A stretch of 63,973 bases of DNA, the filler included, from Perkinsus olseni (taxonomy: Eukaryota), in assembly GCA_013115125.1 (NCBI GenBank). It is 4 parts of 4 records of this genome, joined end to end, with 100 filler letters (N's around TTAATTAATTAA, not from the genome) between each part and the next. Parts side by side here need not be neighbours in the genome. Positions count along the whole stretch, not along the records: positions 1 to 17,101 come from JABANN010000656.1; 3 more parts are not named here. One strand, 5' to 3'. Position 1 is the stretch's first letter. Each line of letters opens with the position of its first letter. Positions 1 to 13,305 of this stretch are shown here, piece after piece. The notes under the pieces were generated by a model. That model worked only from the letters and a program-made list of their open reading frames with translations. It was not told where the DNA came from and did not search any database. A program made the translations under genes and the position numbers.

Positions 1-1875
1 GGTAGACATTTAAAGTGATGCCCTTCAATGGCTTTTTCTCTCGGGGCACTTTGAATTTTGGTACCACCGTGCGAGCGTGCTTGACAAAACGGTTACCACG
101 GGGGAGCATTTGGTGTGCGCAGTGGACGGGTTACATCCGGAAATGGTCACATCCTGATGCCATCACAAAGAATACACGATGTGTCATCCCGAGACAATCA
201 GTCACATAGATACGCCCCGATTGAGTGGCTCGATAGGGAATGAAACACTTTCTGGTCCCGTAAGATATCACCTTATCGTACCATTCACTGCGTTACCGTA
301 TCTGTCTCGATGACGTGCTGCTTCGCAGGTACGCGCGGACGAGTTGGACGGCCAGTGCATATCAAGATACAATCCAAGACGACGAAGATGAGGAAGACAA
401 CTGGTCCGACTGAAGCACTGAGAGCTACGTAAATTCTAACTTCAAATCGGTGTTGAAGCGCACACTGCGATCTTGACGGAGCGTCACAGAGGGGTGGTCA
501 GGGAGTCCGAGTGGGAGCAAGTTTGGGGTTGAATAGCACCAGCTGATCTCTCTGTAGTCTAGTATCCGCTGTGTGAAGAAGTGAGCTTTCCGTGACCTTC
601 TCACGGTCCTTGCGTTCCAAAGTGGTAGGCATGCCTTGGAAGATCGGCGACGTCCCCTGATGCGGTCGAATTCTTGCGTGTGTGAGTTCATCAATGCTCA
701 TCCTATGGGCATCTACGGGAAAGAGTTCGTAAGAGCATTGAGGATCGAGATGGGTCTGGAGGAGGATGATCTCTCGGAGGAGAGATGGCGAGAGCTGGAG
801 GAGACCGCCGAGCTGGGCGTGCAATCGGTGATACGGAAACTTGGAGAGAGATCAGGTAATGGGTGGATGCCTGGGGGCGGCCGTGGAAGGCCATGCATCG
901 GTCGAATAGTTTTGTCAACGAATCCTGACCTGAAACAATCGCGTACTAACGGCTCCTGTAATGTCCGTCTCGCGTGATGCAGGATAGGCCATAGGCGGTA
1001 TATCATGTTCTGAGGAAAGAACGGGGGTGTCCCATAGAAGGCTGACCCCAGACTCATCGTGGATCCGTGCTGAACAACATCCGCTGAGATGCCGGAAGAA
1101 AGCTCGGCCCGCGTCTTTAGGGCCCCTCACTAGCTCAGTTCTGAGACGGAAAACGACCTGAAGAGTTCGGGATCATTGCCGTCGGCGAAAGACGTGCTCA
1201 TCCTCTGAAGTCCGCTGTCCTCAGGTGGAGAACTAGCTGCTATGCTCAACCAGCTCATGACCGGCGCAGCGACGATAATCTCCGCTCAAGAGGTGATGGC
1301 GTTAGGCCTTCTTCGGGCGAGACTAGCCTGTCGCGCTCAGATTAATGCTACCAATTCCCGACCAATTCCAGCATCCTCTGTGCCCTCGACAGGCATGCTC
1401 CCCTTCCCGAAGGAGGTCGATACTACCACCATGGGAGGGCGACTGGTAGGCCGATCTGTTGGTTGATGGACACTTGTGCTTCGACAGGCTGCCCCGGAGC
1501 GCCGCAAGACCATCACAAAACGCCCCGCGGAAGGTCCGTCACTTGTCACTTCCCCTATAAAGACTGAGCAACTCCCTCGCAGAGGAACCTTTGTTTCGGG
1601 TAGTGGGATAGCGCTGGTACATCTCGGTCGTCCGAGAAATGATATTCAGGGAATGGAAGTTTAGATGTGTGCGGAATTAGGCGACTTCAAAGTTTTGGTG
1701 ATGTGTCAGGAAAGCGTCGGCGGCTGCGTCTTGAAGAGCTGGCGAGAAATATTCAGAACTCGTTGGAGGGGGGCTGTTTGACTACAAGAGAGGAAGAGGA
1801 CGATTTGGCTGAGGACTTTGCGAAAGATCTGGGATTGTAGTTCAAATTTTTTTGTCGTGTTCGAGCATATGGGAC

Positions 1876-1957
1876 TGACAGCGGCAGGATTCGAACCTGC
1901 GCGGGCTGAGCCCAGTGGATTTCAAGTCCACCTCCTTATCCACTCGGACACGCTGTC
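1876..1957 (-). tRNA. tRNA-Ser (anticodon TGA)
   Basis: Reverse complement reads GACAGCG-TGTCCGAGTGGATAAGGA-GGTGGA-CT-TGA-AA-TCCAC, then a long variable arm, then GCAGGTTCGAATCCTGC-CGCTGTC-A. 82 nt, all stems pair. Confidence 0.95.
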
Positions 1958-2063
1958 TCATAATACTGTTTTGATTGTTCGGATGGACTGCTCGGTCTGT
2001 GTGATCGACCCAATGGTCCGATGAGCTCCCCTGCCGTGGTTATTCAGACTTCACGTCTATGAA

Positions 2064-3752
2064 ATGTCCACTGTCTCGGCATCCATCGGAGTTGGCCGAT
2101 TCCGGCTGCCCATCCGTCTCGGGGCTGCGCGGTTGATGTCGACATACATCGGGGAAGGTGATGAGTTTAAGAGCTGCTCGTGAATCTTGAACCGGACTCA
2201 GAATGCGCGGGAACCCTCTCGAAGCGAATTCCAGTGTATTTTCAGTAACAAGGAAAGACGATGCCTTTGATGCTGATGAGGGGTTCGGTCTTATCCCTGC
2301 GCCTCAACTGGGCCCTTCTTATTGCCCTCGAGGGGCGTATTAATTTGCTCGAATCTATGACGCGACAACACATATTAACGACCACGTTCCAATTTCCGTG
2401 TTTTCGTATCAACTGCCTTCTCGCACTCTCAGCCTATCTCCATACGGTGAAGGAAGCCCCTCAGCCGAACGTCCCTCCTCGAACGTTCCACCTAGTTGGT
2501 CTCATGCAGGACAGACTCTTCGGCAACGGATCAGCCCAAGCGGCTGCGGAGGCGGTGAGACAGCCAGCCGGCAATGGATATTAGCCAATTCTCAGGTGCG
2601 GACGCTACAACCTCGACAAGTGATGCTGGAGATGGACCAGGCTCGGTACAAGAACGCATTGGAGCACATCAGCACCGGTATGCACCTTCAGCAGCCCAAT
2701 CGAGTGGACATAGTCAGCACGGTGAGTATAGCAGCATAAGGATGGCCACAGTGGGAGCGTCTATATGCCCACTTGAACCTTCGCTGTGTAACTCTGCAAT
2801 GGGCAGGTACACGGAGGGCTCATGCTTCGAGAGTTGAAGGCTTCCATTGAAGCAGCCAAGGAGATAAATGCTGCTATCTATCTCGTGGATCGACCGTGGG
2901 GCAGCGAATCATGTAGCCAGTGCGATGAAGGTGATTGAGCAGGTTCACTATTACGAAGAATAGAGTGGCTCAGAAGCTGTTGAATCCAGTGACGTTCGGG
3001 AACTTTTTGAAGTACGGGAACCGATCCTTAGTGTTCCGCAAGGACAAGGCCAACAGCGAAGATGTGCGAGAGCTTGATTCATTCCTGAAGCAGTTCTGTC
3101 CAGGGATGCACAAGGTTCGCTCACCTGAAGCAGTGGGCTCCTATTGGAGCGTTAATTCTAGGTGTTGATTGAGGAGAGGAACCAGTACATGGCCCATCAG
3201 ATCATATGGAACTCACAGCCTGGAGAAACTGTGGTTGTGGTTTGCAGCGCTATGCACGTCCCTGGGCTCGCCAGTCTTCTTGAAAAGAAGCTGAGAGATC
3301 CATCAGTGAATGTGAGAATCCTTGGGATAACTGCCAGCTATTATCTGGTCGCCACGTTACAGTAGCTCTCGTGTCCCGCTCGGGAGTCCGAACATAATTA
3401 GCCGATTATTAGATTGTCCCTCTGCATCAATTCTGGTATACCACCCTCACAGCGAGCTCATTTTCAAGGTTGCTGCTCCCGAGGAACTGGCTGACCTCAC
3501 TAAGAAGTCGCTGCCCGTGGTCCCATTCTTGTTCTTATTCTACTTGGCGCTGCCGGGATACATCCTCTACCTGGTGGGCGCCGGGGGGCTGGGAATGGTA
3601 AGCTATTGGTTTGCGTCTGAGTTTTGTCTCGCTGATGATGACAACGCACGTGTCAGGTATTGCAGAAGACCAAGAGTGTAATGGGCCTGGACGCGAAGGG
3701 CGAGGAAGTACCGGTAGCGAGACCAGCAGTGAAAGTGCTGGAGGCTAAATAG
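2064..3752 (+). CDS. TraB/PrgY-domain (TRABD-like) protein, multi-exon, start approximate
   Basis: Exon peptides TFHLVGL, LQPRQVMLEMDQARY, AAKEINAAIYLVDRP and LIEERNQYMA...VVVVCSAMHVPGL match TraB family motifs. It has a C-terminal hydrophobic segment, an Arg-rich N-terminus and GT-AG introns. Confidence 0.75.
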
Positions 3753-3919
3753 TTTCCGTGAAAAACAATTCTTTTGTGCTCAATAATGGAGTCACTTCGT
3801 TTCCGGCCGATAATACAGTTTCTCCGCCCGTCCCACAAAATTTCGATAATAGTTTGTGACTCAATAATACTGTAGTGAACTAGTATTACTAATCAAATCA
3901 AGCGGTGTATATCCGACAA

Positions 3920-3991
3920 AGGTTCTACCGGGATTAGAACCCAGGTCGCCAGATTCAGAGTCTCGAGTGCTAACCGTTACACCATAAAACC
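3920..3991 (-). tRNA. tRNA-Gln (CTG), degenerate copy, possible pseudogene
   Basis: Near-identical to the copy at 4219, but with a G:G mismatch in the anticodon stem and T-loop TTCTAAT. Confidence 0.75.
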
Positions 3992-4218
3992 ACGAGTGGG
4001 TGTTGACAGCACTAGTCCACTTCTCATAAGGTTCCTACTCAGAGTCTCCCTTGTCTCAGAGCCTGAATTATCAAGTTCAAAGACAAATATGCGGCATGTT
4101 TGATTCATCCAATATGCAAAAATATGCAATAGTGGGTCATATTTCAGGTCGCATCAACGAAGCCGGAAGGATATCTTTCCCGCGGCCAATATCGTTTCGT
4201 AATGGATACAGTCGATAT

Positions 4219-4290
4219 AGGTTCTACCGGGATTTGAACCCAGATCGCCAGATTCAGAATCTGGAGTGCTAACCGTTACACCATAGAACC
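4219..4290 (-). tRNA. tRNA-Gln (CTG)
   Basis: GGTTCTATGGTGTAACGGTTAGCACTCCAGATTCTGAATCTGGCGATCTGGGTTCAAATCCCGGTAGAACCT forms a canonical 72-nt cloverleaf. Confidence 0.95.
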
Positions 4291-5167
4291 GCGCGTGGTC
4301 GTTGACAGCACTAGTCCAATTCTCATAAGGATCCTGCTCAGAGTCTCCCTTGTCTCAGAGCCTGAATTATCAAGTTCAAAGACAAATATGCGGCATGCTG
4401 GATTCATCCAATATGCAAATATCTGCAATATTGGGTCATATTTCGGGTCGCATCAACGAAGCCGGAAGTATATCTTTCCCGCGGCCAATATCGTTTCGTA
4501 ATGGATACAGTCGATAAAGGTTCTACCGGGATTTGAACCCTAACGGTGCAGCCTCCACCGTGCACCTGCTGAGTCTTGAACTGCCACTGGCAGTCTGCCA
4601 GTAAATCAGTGCACATCAAGAACACCGAAGCACTATCATCCAGCTGTTACCCTGCATAACGACACGCAACAGCATGTCTATCGTGGCGCATCTCGGAATC
4701 TGATTGTTCGTATCGGTTGGGAGGCGGGGACCGGATCCTACAGCGTGACTCCGGCAGCAGGTGGGTCCTTGACGGCGGAAATACACGCAGTCTTAGACTG
4801 CCAGTCTATGTGTCACGGACAAAGTCGACCACCCATATACAGATTGCTGCTCCTTCTCTGGCAGTTAGTTCGAAGTATTCTTCCATCGCTGGCGTCGTGT
4901 TCGAGTAACTCATTTGATCGGGTCGTCAGCAGTTGTTGAATTAAGTAAGTAAAAGCCAACTCAAGCCAACAACTGATAAAATCTTGTTAACATGATTCCA
5001 TTGCGCTTGCAATGAACTCTCGTGCTTGAAACATGTGCCGACGATAGGGAACGCGTATTATCAGGCAAAGAACAGTCGTTGTGAGAAACGACTTGCGGAC
5101 GTACCCTGCATATTGCAGCGTATGAATTTCAAATGCGCCACCAAGAAGAGTTCAATTGTCGCCGAAC

Positions 5168-5911
5168 CTAGGACATCGTAGACGACAGAAGAATACCAAA
5201 GAACGTCCTGTCGCCCAGGGGATCGCTGGGTATGCCCTCGAAGGATACAGAGTCATCATCGCTGGCGAGATCATCGGAAATCGCGCTGGTCTCAGAAATA
5301 AACGGAGCACAAGTTGTTCGGTAATCGAGAAGTCCTTTGAGGAGTAGACCCTCACTCGAAGGTCTGCCTATTAGCAGCACATTTTCATTATCATATCCCA
5401 TACACGCCAGCATAGAAGCTGTCTTAGGCTGGAGAGAGCCTGTGAAAACAGTCAAGGCGATGCACTCCGCTTCTTGGGACAATGCACCCAGAAAGTCTCG
5501 GAATCTACCCAGGCCACTTCGAGCAAGCAGAGGGTAACCGTAGTCGAGAGCCCCGGAAATGGAAGACTGTCTGATTCGACTTAGGGCAGTGAAATTGAGA
5601 GTGTCATACGAGCTATACACAGCAGTGCCAGCAGGTAGCCCGAGTGGCTGCACGGTGATCGCCACTGAGCAATTGGGAAGCACTAATGAAGCGGAAATTG
5701 TCGGAGTGAGGTGCAGCTCCCGAATGAATAGTGTCACGATCTGCTCGTCTATTGGCAGCTCAGTCACACATTCGACGCCGGAGCCTGCTCTCGTTGCCGG
5801 GGCTAGGTCATCGCCGAGGAACGTCCACCTAAGCGACACCTGAACGCGACACGGTAGACCCGAATCATTTGGTAGGAGGCTGCCCTTAACGAGATGATCA
5901 TATTGCATCAA
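5168..5911 (-). CDS. Hypothetical protein, largest exon of a probable multi-exon gene (~4600-6270)
   Basis: 247-aa ORF with protein-like composition and splice-like boundaries. No family recognised. Confidence 0.5.
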   Translation of the reverse strand: MMQYDHLVKGSLLPNDSGLPCRVQVSLRWTFLGDDLAPATRAGSGVECVTELPIDEQIVTLFIRELHLTPTISASLVLPNCSVAITVQPLGLPAGTAVYSSYDTLNFTALSRIRQSSISGALDYGYPLLARSGLGRFRDFLGALSQEAECIALTVFTGSLQPKTASMLACMGYDNENVLLIGRPSSEGLLLKGLLDYRTTCAPFISETSAISDDLASDDDSVSFEGIPSDPLGDRTFFGILLSSTMS

Positions 5912-7406
5912 GTATCAATATCCACTCACCATAGACTGGCCGAGAGCCGTTCTGATCCGACGCATGTGGTGCTTCGTACGACGAGCACATTCCAGCCAAA
6001 CGGACACGGTCGCTTTCGGAGCCTCTACCCACAGGAATGTTGACACCGAACCTTTGACGAGCACTCTAAGCGTGTCGATGATCTCCAGGACTACCCCGTA
6101 TCCTTTTCTTCTCGTATTTCTCGCTGAAAAGCTTCACCCAACGATCGAAGTTTTGTATTCGATTATCGATCATTTGCCGATCAACAACTGGAGTCGCTCG
6201 ATGGAATGCAACAACCTAATCAGGGAGGTATCCAGAATCCAGACAGACGACTGTCGAGAATCAATCATTCTTCGTTTCACAATACCACCGAAGAAATTAC
6301 CTCATCAGGCCGCCTATCGAAGTCCAAGCCAATTGTAAGTATCTCAGTCTGAGGCTTTCGGCGAATCACTTCTCGTATCGACGACACCATGAGCTCGCGA
6401 ACCAACTGCCACGGTTTCTGAAACATACGCTAGTCATTGTGTTCTCTCACAGTCAGTGCAAAGTGAGCGGGAGTGTTGATTCAGCGCTACACGAGTCACT
6501 GCATCCAGTGACTTCCTTCATAGAAAGTTGCACCACATACGACCTCTGTTAGAGCGAGGGATGCAGCGGCCGCCCGACCTTCGCGGGGACAGCCTCGTTC
6601 CTCTCGGAATCCCAGCGACACTCCGCAGCCGCTTTGTTGCCAGACGGCTGGTTGTAGACAAATACGAGCTGCTCGTGGGAAGAGTGATTGAGCGACATTA
6701 GGAAAGATGTCGGGACTGTGTCACTTGGGTCACAAGAAGAATTGTCGTTGACGAGTTCACCCGCAAGATAATGTGCAGCAGCACTATGATCACTTGGATG
6801 TTTAGAACAGAAAGCCGACGCCTTCACAGATGCTTCGACGAGATCGTTCTCTAATTGCCAATTCCGCATAAACAATAGCCTGAGGTACTTGAAGTTATCC
6901 CCGGGACAGTCCGCGATGGAATTTATTAGGCGGACCACTAACCGACTGAAAGTAGCCAAGAAATCTCCTGGAAATAGCACGGGCAGGAGAAGGTCTATTA
7001 GGTATTCCCTAAGGGCCAAAGGTCCCACGTTCAGTTAATATTTCTTTAGGGGCATCAGGATAGTGCGGCAGTATACCAGCGCCGCTGGTAATGTCCCATA
7101 TAAGCCAGCATGCCCACGTTCCTCACCCGACTCTTCGACTGTATGTCTAGCTAGCACGGCTCCCCTTGAAACCCTGAAGAAGTCGACAACAGGGGAAGAA
7201 AGGCACAGATGGTCGGCCGTGAATTCCCGTCACGGGAGTTCCGTGCAATCTGACCAACGCGACGCATGAGCCACTGATATATTATATATGATATAGTGAT
7301 ATAGCGAGTGCCTCGTAACACGGCACCTAGTCTTCAATCAGTGCAGCGCCGTAACAGCTACGGTAGCACTGCTACCCAGTATTTTGATAGGCGAATGCAC
7401 AATATT

Positions 7407-7832
7407 CTAGAGTTGCTCGCCGGCTCTCCAGTATCCGTCAATATTGCCGCCGCTGCTCGAGCTATAAGAACCGCTGGTAGACTCCGTGCGTCCAGCTACG
7501 CCATCGACTCCCGCTGCGAACTCCTCAGCAACCATCCAATCGACATTGTCCAGGTTCATCACCTTGCTCTGACTTCGCCACTTATCCTCCAGCCTCTTCG
7601 CCAAGTTAATCTGATCAGACAATAACACTCATTGGTGAGCGGCGACGCTCGCCCTTACGATATGATTTTGCCACTGAGGTGGGCAACCAGCTCGTGATAG
7701 AAGGTGTGGCCCCCACCCTTGAGCAGGGGCGACAATGTCACTCTTCACCGCCAAGGATGTAAAGAGCATGAACTGACGGCGACTGAGGAGGGAATATTTA
7801 TCGACCCACCACCGCAGACGAGCCATCGGCAT
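7407..7832 (-). CDS. Unknown paralog family member 1 (partial exons; may be a pseudogene)
   Basis: Peptides APAQGWGPHLLSRAGCPPQWQNHIV and QINLAKRLEDKW...VAEEF are shared with the 8076-8525 and 13306-13887 loci. Confidence 0.5.
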
Positions 7833-8075
7833 TCAGCAAGATTGATAACGAAGGACAACAACGATGCACCACTGATTATCGAAATCAGCCCGAACCGAAG
7901 TAATGCGAGCCACATGAAACAATAACCAACCTCATATCATCCTTCCCTCCGTAGCCTGGGGAATGGGTGTACATAGGGAAAAGGATTAAGACTGAAATGA
8001 ACCGGAACGCTGATGATCGTACCACAACAAATCATACAAGTTTTACAGTGCGGAAATCTTTTCATTGCACAAGTT

Positions 8076-8525
8076 TTAATTCCCTATAGAATGAGCCAAA
8101 ACAAACTGCTTCACATCATAGTCTCGTAGTCCCTCGAGCGCATTTCTCTCTTTATCAGACTTCGGCGAAAACCCACTCTTCCTCTGCAGCTCCGTCTGAA
8201 ATACCAGCGCACGAACATGCAACCCGTAGTCTACGGGCCGTAGACCACGGTCCGCAGCGAACATGGCTCCCCGTCGAAGAGGCTTCAAGAGAGATACTCC
8301 CAGTATATCGTCAAGCCGACCGTCTGGCGTCAGCTCATCGACGACAACCAACCGTTGGTAACTCACCAGACTTCGCCACTGAGGTGGGCAATCAGCTCGT
8401 GATAGGAGAATTGGCCCCCACCCTCGAGCAGGGTCGCCAGTCTCACTCTTCACTACTATATAAGCTGACAAGAAGAGAAGAAGACTCGGTCGGCCAGGCA
8501 TCAAGGTGGGAATCATCTCACCCAC
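8076..8525 (-). CDS. Unknown paralog family member 2
   Basis: Carries the DPARGWGPILLSRADCPPQWRSL motif. Confidence 0.45.
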   Translation of the reverse strand: MGEMIPTLMPGRPSLLLFLSAYIVVKSETGDPARGWGPILLSRADCPPQWRSLVSYQRLVVVDELTPDGRLDDILGVSLLKPLRRGAMFAADRGLRPVDYGLHVRALVFQTELQRKSGFSPKSDKERNALEGLRDYDVKQFVLAHSIGN

Positions 8526-9000
8526 CGGCGCCGTTGTGTCACTGACGAAACAGGCGAACGAATGAGTGGGCGTGGTGCGAGTGGGCGAGCGAGACGTTCT
8601 GTCCCGCCGTGACGTGAGTCATGTCACATCCCCCTGAGGCAGCCCATCGATCCTGTTCATTGCGTCTGAAGTTTACTCGACTTACAAAGTAAGTCTTACA
8701 TCTCGTTCGTGACATGGAGACTATCTCCAGGAGATGCATACAACACGCGATCACCCTGCCACGAGTGCCAACCCGTCTTTAAGACGGTCGGCAAGCATGC
8801 CACTGGGATGATGCCAGCGAGGCGATCACCTGATATCAGTCTTCCTGCCTCTGCAAGTGGGAGTGCCAGATGGCACTCCCACTAATAACTCAAATGCGTG
8901 GATAAACATGGAGAGGAGTACTGCTGACAGCTCCCTAGAGAACAGGAAACTAAACAAAACCCACACTAGCTTTTGTGAAACGTTGAACAATGTGCCGCAT

Positions 9001-12000
9001 TCAAGGTCTCATTATATGGACGCCCCCTTGTGAAGTCGCGACAGCTAGAATGTTTCGATTGGGATGATGGGACATTCCTGTGACTTCTCCGCTGTGTGCG
9101 TAAGGTACCACGTTCTCAAGCTCACCCGTCGCGGTGTCGAAGCAGTAACTGAGAAAGAGTAAGTATTTGCGAGCGATCTAAACTCCATCGGCATGACTGT
9201 AGAATTTCAAGGACTACGAGCTGGTCACAGACGAATATGCGCTGCTAGGATCTCGCTCACGAGCCAGTGGATAGACGAATCGTCCGGGACGATCGGCTGT
9301 CCATTCTACATTATAGTCTCTCACACGAACGGCCCGATCCCATATCACGCTACATCGTCCGATCTTCTGCCGCAGCATAGATCCACCTTCCTGCATGAGA
9401 TGTGCATAATAGGACGAAGTCTCCCTTACCGTCACGTTTACCTGCAACAAGAGATCAATTACTTACGAGCCCAGTGGTCGCCATCTAGCGGCTTGCTATT
9501 AGCGGGCTAAAACCTGGACAGCCAGGCCGTTCGAAAGAGGCTACACAACATGGACGCCGGCCTAGTGCCGAATGCGAACCGTTGTTCACGACAGCGCGGA
9601 AAAAACTTCAAGCAAAGATCAAAAAATACCCACCCCAAAATATTACCCGACTCGTACGACTTTAGCAATTGCCCAGAGACTGTCATGTGATGGACGGTGC
9701 TCGATTGCTGGCAAATGAGTAGTGTGTCCTCACTCTGGCCTGCAGAGGAATCACTTGGCACGATAACAATGTCGCGAACCTGAAAAGGAGGTGATACGGG
9801 CTCAGAAGATACTTCTCTTGAGGCCCTCTTACATCCAAAGTGATGTTCTCGTTTTGATATGACGGTGGAGGGGGTGGGAACTTATGAAGGATCTCGCTGG
9901 AGCGCAAGTCGAATACCCTTACGAATCCATCAGCACATCCGCTGACTACCTGTTAAGAGAGCACGCTGATACGCCAGAAATCATGCCGAGACGAAAGAGC
10001 TGTCGCCTACCAATCGCTGATGCCCGGGACCGTCAGCGAAACCAACACAATTGACATAACTCGTGTGGCCACGGAACTCTTTTAATGTACGACCGGAGTG
10101 CATTCCATGTAGCCTGCAAGTATTGTCGAGCGAGCCTGAGACAAAAGCAGACCGATTTTCAAGTTCATGACGAAGGGTACGCGAGCCTGGTTAGTGAAGA
10201 TCCGGCTCTACTATCGAGTTCTCAGGGGTAGGGGGATCCTCGTAGACAGGATCAAGCCGCACAGATAGTAATCGGACCGACATCGACTGATTCGCCGTAT
10301 TGTGAGGTATGACCTTCCGGGACGCTCAGTGATGTTGTAAAGCCTCTATACCATGGTACTGCCATGATGGTAGACGATGCTCACCTGTGAGGATCTTCTG
10401 ATTGTCCCTACTGAATTCCAAGCAAGTTATACCATCAGAGTGTACACTCTTGAATTCACCTGTAACATGGAACATAAGTTATGTTACATAACCAAACCGC
10501 TAAGAACTGACCGAGAAGTCTGCTCAGGAATAGCTGCGGTGGCAAGAGCGAAACTCACGAGTAATCTGTCCAGTGTGAATATCCCATACTCTGGCAGTGC
10601 CCTTGTCATCACCGGAAACTAGTGTGTTGCTATCGTGGCTGAAGGCGAGACTGAGGACCTTCGATCCATCAGGATGGCACATGAACCTAGAATAGGACAC
10701 AAGTTTTATCACAACGATAAACCCGCACTACTCTTTCCTCGCTTGGTAGGGCAGGTCTTCCTTGTTTCGTTTTCCAGTCCTGTGGTTCCAAACCTCAATG
10801 AGCCCATCGACAGCTCCTGTTACCAAAAACCTGAGCACAACATATTTCCCATGGTTTCTCACCATACCGAAAAGAGCGTCGATTCTCCAAAATGCAGAAC
10901 AATGCAGAATGCCCAACCCCACCAGAACGAGCCGAGATAGCAGAGAGAAGCCTAAACCTGTGTCTTCCACGTCAAACAGAATTGCGGATCCTGTACGAGG
11001 CAAGCGCTGGAGATCTTTGAGATATCTACAGTATAAGATCTGACCTAATGCCCCTAAAACTCACTGTCCAGAAGGGGAGAAAGCAATAGACTCAGGATGC
11101 GCGCCTTTTCCGAACTTGAGAATCTTTGACGTGTGCGTTGGAGGCTCTTCCGCAACAGCGTAATCTTGTACTGAAGAGTGTGCAGACTGGCATCGCATAG
11201 CCGGATATAAAGGCCGGCCTACCTTCCACATTACGTGACTTGGGCGCTGTTGTTCCTCTGAATATATCAATCTTCTCTCCTGAAATGGGAATGGCTATCT
11301 CCTTCTGAGCGATATGGAACGGACAGCTTGGCACCAGAAGATTGAAGCAGACAAACGACAGCAACCTCGCAACGATTTGACTAAGACACTCTGGGGTGAT
11401 TCTCCCAAGAGAACTGCACTGTTCCTAAAGCACGCGCCGCCAAAAAAGTGAAGTAAAGCAAAGCTCCAGGTCTGAGCCGATGAGGCCCAATGCATGTCCT
11501 GCACTCACCAGGTGGAAGCAAGTTTGCATTTTGTTGGTACTTTAAAGCCTGATTGAGCAGCGTTAATAACCGTTGTCCGTCCGCCTCTCGAAGGAATGGA
11601 CGGGCTCTCTCACCTACCGAACAACATAGGTTACGCCGGCATCATACAATCATTCGACCTATCGTACTACATCAAATGCGCGTTGAACCGCCGCCCACTC
11701 ACTCAGTTTCTTTCTCCTGACTTCGGGTCTCTCTTCTCCTTGGTACAGCTCGCTCTCAACAGGTATATACGGCTGCACAACCAGTCAAGTTCGAGGAGTT
11801 TCCCGACGCGCCAATGATTTCTTGATAACTTGGCCACGCTCGACCTACCTTATTCAACAAGGAATCTAGCCTCCGATACGTAAGGTTTTTCTGGCTATCA
11901 CCCTTCATGCTCTGCATAGGGGCGCTATGTTTCAATAGTAACGCACAAAGCTGCTTCTCACCGGCCCCAAGACACTCCAGGAAAGCCTGAGGTGCAGTCA

Positions 12001-12889
12001 GATTCGTCGCAGATTGACATTCCCAGCAAGCTCACTAACCTGCTCGTATATATCTTGCAGAAGGTCCTTGGGGAGCTGCACGGTGGCGAGAGCCTGGATT
12101 ACTTTGTCCCACCTGAGACCGTTCCGAGTGAGACTTTCGAGCCGTCTACCGAGCAGACTCTAGCCCAAGACAGGCAAGATGTGGGCGGATCCACTCACTC
12201 ATACATTCCAAGCGCCGAGGACAGAACCTCATCCAATGCAAGTGAGTGGCAATTGAACTCAAACCATGCGCCTGCGACACAGTCGAAAACGCATCCTCCA
12301 AGTTACCGTCCGTGATTGATATCCTCACAGAACCCATCAACGGACTCCACTGCATTCAAGTAGATCTGGGACTCTTCTTGAAGTGTCTGACAGGCGATCA
12401 TCGGCTTGCGTGAGAAAGCCCGCAATCAGAAAGCCAGGGGAGTTCGGGTCTTGACTCCCAGGGTCTTGACTCCCGGGGTCCCCAGAGAGGGCAAATCCCC
12501 AATTTATCTATAGCGTGGCAGGCGGCCATCGGCCGGCTCGCTCATGAAGTTCAGAAGCCAATCTGATCGGATGAGCGGAAGCCACCACGAATCGTTGTTT
12601 TCAACGGAGGATAGCTGTCACTGATTAATGACTATCAAGAGCAGTTATCTGTAATGCGAGTCTCTGTAGTGAGCGACCCTGGAACGCCGACCCAAAAAAA
12701 GTTCAGTAATGATCTCAAAATTCACTCACTCGCGTCATGATTATGCCTTGGTGAGTAATTCCGGCTAACTAGCTTAACACCCTGAATCACCTGCATAGAC
12801 CGGTTAAGATTGTTCTCCTTCAGGAACTGTATAATGAGCCGTACAACGTCACCAGAGTCTACAGAAACCTCCTGCGTCGTATCCGCCAT
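9001..12889 (-). CDS. SMU1: WD40 repeat spliceosomal protein SMU1 (many short introns)
   Basis: N-terminal LisH (VDSGDVVRLIIQFLKENNLNRSMQVIQ); internal exons ILKFGKGAHPESIAFSPSGQ, FLVTGAVDGLIEVWN, VLSLAFSHDSNTLVSG and GRWIYAAAEDRT; C-terminus YCFDTATGELE...HHPNRNILAVATSQGGVHIMRP-stop. Confidence 0.92.
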
Positions 12890-13305
12890 CTGCAGATCCG
12901 GCGAGTCGGCACTGGACATCGGCAAGGAACCCACAGTGAGCTTTCGTGAGCCAATCGGTAAGCAATCCGCCACGAACCCCGTTTTTGCTACGACCGAAAA
13001 CTCAACATAGGTTGCAAAATAAATCTTACTACCGGATCATGATGATCCATCAGTGTGCCCTTCACTCGTGCACTCGCATCAATGATACAGGTAATTTACA
13101 ACAAATTATACAGATGCAATAGTAAAGCGATAGTCGCAACCATCACATACACATCAGATAACCAAAAATCATTCCGATCTCTCGTGCATGCGCATCAGTT
13201 GAGTAGGTACCTGAACAGATGATTTGGGACGATGCCGAGTTGACCACTTCCATCTCTCTAGGAATGTCCCTTGCAGATCACCATGAGCGACTATAACGAC
13301 CCTTG

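Larger units (their letters stand above)
3920..4540. repeat. Tandem array of a 299-bp unit (tRNA-Gln plus spacer): two full units and a truncated tRNA 3' end at 4518-4540
   Basis: Unit starts at 3920, 4219 and 4518. The spacers are highly similar. Confidence 0.9.

Noticed and set aside
1-1850. Possible gag-like retroelement remnant
   Set aside because: Broken ORFs with no recognisable motif or LTR, so I cannot support a call.
4536-4543. AACCCTAA telomere-like seed at the tRNA truncation
   Set aside because: It is a single unit and is expected by chance.
6549-7028. 159-aa minus-strand ORF
   Set aside because: No recognisable family and stops in the upstream continuation; it may be a decayed gene but cannot be assigned.
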